This document shows, one piece after another, positions 31,463 to 35,188 of a stretch of 35,188 nucleotides of DNA (within the stretch, counting starts at the first letter, position 1; each line of letters starts with the position of its first letter). Position numbers and translations under genes: made by a program. This DNA is from a virus (taxonomy: Duplodnaviria > Caudoviricetes): positions 1-35,188 of IMG/VR virus record IMGVR_UViG_3300032218_000348; one strand, given 5' to 3'. The notes below the pieces were generated by a model that saw only the letters and a program-made list of their open reading frames with translations, did no database searches and was not told where the DNA came from.

Positions 31463-33078
31463 GGTTTCCTCCGATAAGCTGCAGCGCCAGCAGCAGCGGT
31501 TACTGCAGCCTGTCCAGCAATTTGGCCTACGATAACCGCAGCGACAACAGTCTTCTGAGACTGTGCTCTTTCTTCAGTACTCATATCAGCACCAATTGAA
31601 CCTAGTGCTAAGAGTGCCTGTGCTGGGTCAGTAAAGATTGCGTTGATTAATTCTGCTGGGTTCGCAAGAACCTCTAGTGCAGCAGCAACTTCTGCTGTGA
31701 TAACAACTTCGTTTCCATCTTTGTCTTGACGGACTTCAACTGGTGTTTCAGGTGGCAAGTCAGCATAGGTAAGTCCAGCTTCCTGGATAGCTTGTGCTGT
31801 CACGGGTTCCCCGTGTGCTTGCTCAATGATTGCTTGTGCTACAATTTGCTTTTCCTCTTCGGTAGCGTTCTCGCTTACCTTGAGGGGTGGTTCTTCTGGT
31901 TGTACACTTGGTTCAACCATAGGAGGTTTAGGTGCAATATCAATTACAGGTTCTATCTCAGGCTCTGGAGAAGGTTCTGGCGCAGGCTCGGGCTCTACTG
32001 CAGGCGGTTCCACAGGGGCTACCTCAGTCTCAACTACGGGCAGAGATTCTGGTTCAGGAGTTGGAGCGGGTTCAGCGACAGGCTCTGGCGGTAGAGGTAT
32101 TTCTTCTGGAAGAGGAGCAACTTCTACAGGAGCAGGTTCAGGAGCAGGTTCAACGACGGGCGCTGGCTGCGGAGAAGGCTCGGGCTGTGGAGCTGGTTGC
32201 TCAGGAGCTGGAGCTGGTTGAGGTACCACCGCAGGTGGGGTTGGCAGTGGTACAGGTAATGGTTCAGGACTTAGAGTAGGTTCCACTACTGGCGTTGGAG
32301 ATGGCACGGGACTTGGTTGTGCTGTTGGTGTTACTGAAGGACTTGGAGATGCACTTGCCGTAGCACCATCAGTCGGAGTCGGAGTCGGAGTCGGAGTAGG
32401 TTCAGGAGTAGGCGCCAATGTTGGTGCTACTTCCACACGAACTGCACCTGCTTGTTCTAAAGTCACTACTGTTCCATTATTAAGTACTGCACCAGTACGT
32501 GTATTTGCATACTCAGGTCCATTGGTTACATAACTGATTGCAACTGTTCCAGTTGTACTAATGGCTGCAGTTACAATAATGCTTGTAGGTATCACTGATG
32601 TTGGTGCACCATAAGGACGAGCAGACATATCAACTTGAAATCCACCATCACTAGACTGAATTATAAAGTGCTCATCAGGTCTAGCAGTTGGATATGCAAC
32701 CCAGTCCATAGAGTTAACTGAAATTGACGGAGTTGCAGGATATTGCCAATAGGTATTATCTGGTCTGCCAAATGTAATCACTGAGTTAGTTGTGGCATAC
32801 ACAGTTGAAAACTCTTGACCATCATAACTAATAGTTGCAGTTACTGGAACACGATAAGATACATCATCTCCACCGCAGGTATCAAGAGTTGTTACAGTTG
32901 GTGTTTCACCTTGAGCGGTTGGTTGTGCTGCTGCAGCAATGGTTGCTGCTTGAACAGTATTAATACATACTGCCTGTGCCGATTGTGGCAAAAAGAAAAA
33001 AGATGTCCCTAGAATAAGGAACAGTACTGCTAGTTTACTACTTGTCTCTCTCGCAAAGAAGAAGATAGATTTGGTCAA
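31459..33078 (-). CDS. Secreted/surface Pro-Thr/Pro-Glu-rich protein (539 aa)
   Basis: Signal peptide ending AQA; ~185-aa beta-rich domain; ~180-aa P/T/E-rich stalk; helical domain; hydrophobic C-terminus plus YRRKP. Confidence 0.7.
   Translation of the reverse strand: MTKSIFFFARETSSKLAVLFLILGTSFFFLPQSAQAVCINTVQAATIAAAAQPTAQGETPTVTTLDTCGGDDVSYRVPVTATISYDGQEFSTVYATTNSVITFGRPDNTYWQYPATPSISVNSMDWVAYPTARPDEHFIIQSSDGGFQVDMSARPYGAPTSVIPTSIIVTAAISTTGTVAISYVTNGPEYANTRTGAVLNNGTVVTLEQAGAVRVEVAPTLAPTPEPTPTPTPTPTDGATASASPSPSVTPTAQPSPVPSPTPVVEPTLSPEPLPVPLPTPPAVVPQPAPAPEQPAPQPEPSPQPAPVVEPAPEPAPVEVAPLPEEIPLPPEPVAEPAPTPEPESLPVVETEVAPVEPPAVEPEPAPEPSPEPEIEPVIDIAPKPPMVEPSVQPEEPPLKVSENATEEEKQIVAQAIIEQAHGEPVTAQAIQEAGLTYADLPPETPVEVRQDKDGNEVVITAEVAAALEVLANPAELINAIFTDPAQALLALGSIGADMSTEERAQSQKTVVAAVIVGQIAGQAAVTAAAGAAAYRRKP
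32371..32400. repeat. Hexamer tandem repeat (AGTCGG)x4 plus a variant, encoding PT repeats
   Basis: agtcgg agtcgg agtcgg agtcgg agtagg. Confidence 0.8.
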
Positions 33079-33238
33079 CGCGTTCTTCCAATCGGTTCAC
33101 TTGGTCTTTCACGGAACCGCCCCCATTTGGTTTTAATTCGTACAAGTAATGCTTGACTAACCATCTAACGAATGCAGCAAAGCCTGCAAGTATTGTCATA
33201 ATTGCTACACATAGTGCTGCATAATCTTGCGCTGTCAT
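33038..33238 (-). CDS. Small single-TM protein with coiled-coil tail (66 aa)
   Basis: TM helix, then ELKPNGGGSVKDQVNRLE, a pattern recalled from actinophage lysis-region proteins. Confidence 0.65.
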   Translation of the reverse strand: MTAQDYAALCVAIMTILAGFAAFVRWLVKHYLYELKPNGGGSVKDQVNRLEERVDQIYLLLCERDK

Positions 33239-35169
33239 TACACTGTCCTAATCGTTATTTGAATAACCCCACCAAAACCACTGAAACGTTTGTCTGGTGG
33301 CGTACCTCTGGTAAATGAAACTTGCTCAATGACTGCTTGACGTGATTCGCCAGTAGTCAAGTCTTGCCAGGTAAGTATGTCACCTGTTTCTTCGATTCCT
33401 TCAAGTGCTTGAATCTTCTCAAATGCTTTGCCTTCATAGCCAATCATTGAGTTGTATCTATCTGTTTCTAAATCAAAACAGTAGACGGGAAATTGGATAA
33501 CGCGTTGGCGTGGAGTGGCAATGGTTGCCTTAGCCTGGTAGCCCTTGAATATGGGACCCTTTGTGCTATCTGTTCCATCACGATACATAATAAATTTATA
33601 GGCTACGTACTCTTGTGCCGTAGCGGGAGATGAAGTACCTACCTCAATAGATGGAACCGATACATCGTAGGAGATATGGTCATACTCAACACCATCTTTG
33701 TCTACAGTTTCCAGTGTCATAGAGCCATAGGTAAAGTCACCACGTCCCAGTAGGCGCTTAAAGTTCTTTGGCTCAAGGGTTCCATAACGAATGTTACCTG
33801 TAGTTAGATACCCACTTGTCGCTAGATTCGTGGTTGATTGGATTGCAATGCCATTACTGCCAGATGTTGTAAATGCTATTTGATTTGAAGTTCCAACAAA
33901 ATCAACACTTGTTGCATAGCCAGTAACACCATCAAGGTATGTGTCTGTAGCATAAGCAAACCGTAAAGTATCTATCTCATTGTCAAGATTGATTCTATAC
34001 AAACCAGCATAACCGCCAACACTTCCAGTTGCCCACACAAATGAATTTCTAAAAGCAAAATCATATCCAATGTTATCTGATTCAATAACAAGTGGACCGT
34101 AGGTTAGGTCTCCATTAGTATCTGATATAGATGCTATTCTTATGCCCTTGTTGGTACCAATTACTAAGTACCCCAGATATGATTCAATCTTGTTTACGTA
34201 CTCACCGATAGGTAATTGTGCTGCAATGATTCCTGATGTTAGGGTTGGCATTACACCTGCAGTTGATAGTACAAACTTGTAGATTGCTGAAGTTGCACCA
34301 GCATATCCAGCAGCATAGATGGCAGAGCCACCTTCTGAAATAGATGTCCAAGTCCAAGAGGCATTAGGGTGTGTATATACTGGTGTTGGTAATGCAGCGT
34401 ATACACCAGCAGCAGAAGTAAGTTCATAAATAGAGTTAGTAATACCAGCAACTAAGCGTTGCTTGACCCAAGCAAGTGTAGTGCGACCACCTGTTGGGTA
34501 GTACTCAGACCAACCAGTAGATGCAGCATTTATTGGACCTTGGTAAATATGGTCAGAGTCTGCTGCAAACAAACGCGTGCCATCTGTGACTACTGAGCCA
34601 TCAAGGATATTACCCAAATTTGTTGGTGCATAAGTAGTTACTACTGTGCCATCTGCTTGGAAAGACTTCATTGTTGTACTTCCAGGGATGTATCCAACTA
34701 CTACATCAGTACCTGAAGATACACCAGAAATAAGTTTATATATGCCAGTAGTTACGCCTGACATATTTGATGTTTGCTTAAGCAGTGTAACTTGCCCTTG
34801 TGTCCATACATCTACATTGCTACTATCTGCATAACGAGTATATCTTGTATCTGCAGCAGAAAAAGAACGTTGTGTATCAAAGAATTTAATTCCAGTACCA
34901 GAGTGGAATGATGATTGACTACGAATCCACCAGCCAGTCAGAGACTGCTCACCTGGCTCTGAGCCATTATCAAACTGGTCTTTCTTAAATGGTGCTGTTT
35001 GACGAAGGTATGGGCGTGTGTCATTGATAGCATAGAAGAATGGGAGTCCACCTATGGCTACGTCGTAAGACATATCGGTGTTCTGCCAGACTGCTGTAGA
35101 TGAAACTACACCAACGTCAACTGCGATAGAGCGCGTGGCTCTACCTTCGGTTATGTCGCGACCAGCCAC
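33238..35169 (-). CDS. Tail structural protein, probable nozzle/tubular protein B-like (643 aa)
   Basis: AAGGAG RBS plus GTG; beta-rich repeats (LVAG..NSIYEL, IYAAG....IYKF, LVIGTNKGIRI) suggest a propeller. Confidence 0.6.
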   Translation of the reverse strand: MAGRDITEGRATRSIAVDVGVVSSTAVWQNTDMSYDVAIGGLPFFYAINDTRPYLRQTAPFKKDQFDNGSEPGEQSLTGWWIRSQSSFHSGTGIKFFDTQRSFSAADTRYTRYADSSNVDVWTQGQVTLLKQTSNMSGVTTGIYKLISGVSSGTDVVVGYIPGSTTMKSFQADGTVVTTYAPTNLGNILDGSVVTDGTRLFAADSDHIYQGPINAASTGWSEYYPTGGRTTLAWVKQRLVAGITNSIYELTSAAGVYAALPTPVYTHPNASWTWTSISEGGSAIYAAGYAGATSAIYKFVLSTAGVMPTLTSGIIAAQLPIGEYVNKIESYLGYLVIGTNKGIRIASISDTNGDLTYGPLVIESDNIGYDFAFRNSFVWATGSVGGYAGLYRINLDNEIDTLRFAYATDTYLDGVTGYATSVDFVGTSNQIAFTTSGSNGIAIQSTTNLATSGYLTTGNIRYGTLEPKNFKRLLGRGDFTYGSMTLETVDKDGVEYDHISYDVSVPSIEVGTSSPATAQEYVAYKFIMYRDGTDSTKGPIFKGYQAKATIATPRQRVIQFPVYCFDLETDRYNSMIGYEGKAFEKIQALEGIEETGDILTWQDLTTGESRQAVIEQVSFTRGTPPDKRFSGFGGVIQITIRTV

Positions 35170-35188
35170 GTTACTCCTTAGATAGAAA

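Noticed and set aside
31826-32279. Plus-strand Gly/Ser-rich and Gln/Leu-rich ORFs
   Set aside because: Antisense shadows of the Pro-rich stalk; no RBS or promoter
1-35188. Prophage or integrative element; stop-codon reassignment
   Set aside because: No integrase, repressor, att site or host genes; genes read through normally in code 11 and TAA, TAG and TGA are all used as stops

Overview
The window is most of the genome of a tailed dsDNA phage (Caudoviricetes) with podovirus-like architecture. It has a terminase, portal, large internal/ejection-type proteins, scaffold, major capsid and short-tail proteins, but no tape measure or tail tube. It is circularly permuted: both ends fall inside the tail module. 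A WhiB regulator, an actinobacterial-type SLT/aggregation-factor-like transglycosylase and a perfect CRP/GlxR box, in a genome of only moderate GC by eye, suggest a low-GC (probably freshwater) actinobacterial host; this is inference. Layout: (1) minus-strand morphogenesis operon 18146->1, which also holds a proteasome-beta/HslV-like protease, a GT2-like glycosyltransferase and five Lys-rich microproteins; (2) a ~0.9 kb largely non-coding control region (18150-19070) with 9-bp-period repeats, the CRP box, strong sigmaA-type promoters and structured RNA candidates, probably containing the physical genome end; (3) plus-strand early operon 19078-24754 with a Zn-finger amidoligase, a class II glutamine amidotransferase, WhiB, the transglycosylase, many Zn-ribbon microproteins and an acidic DNA-mimic candidate; (4) minus-strand replication operon 29852->24702 with a split Cas4-like exonuclease, SSB-like protein, DnaB-like helicase, resolvase, split primase, Nmad1/DUF1599 protein and sigma factor; (5) minus-strand tail/lysis genes 35169->30336, including a secreted Pro-rich surface protein. 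No DNA polymerase, integrase, tRNA or CRISPR array was seen. GATC and CCGG appear to be entirely absent on a manual scan. All family assignments come from motif recognition, not database searches.
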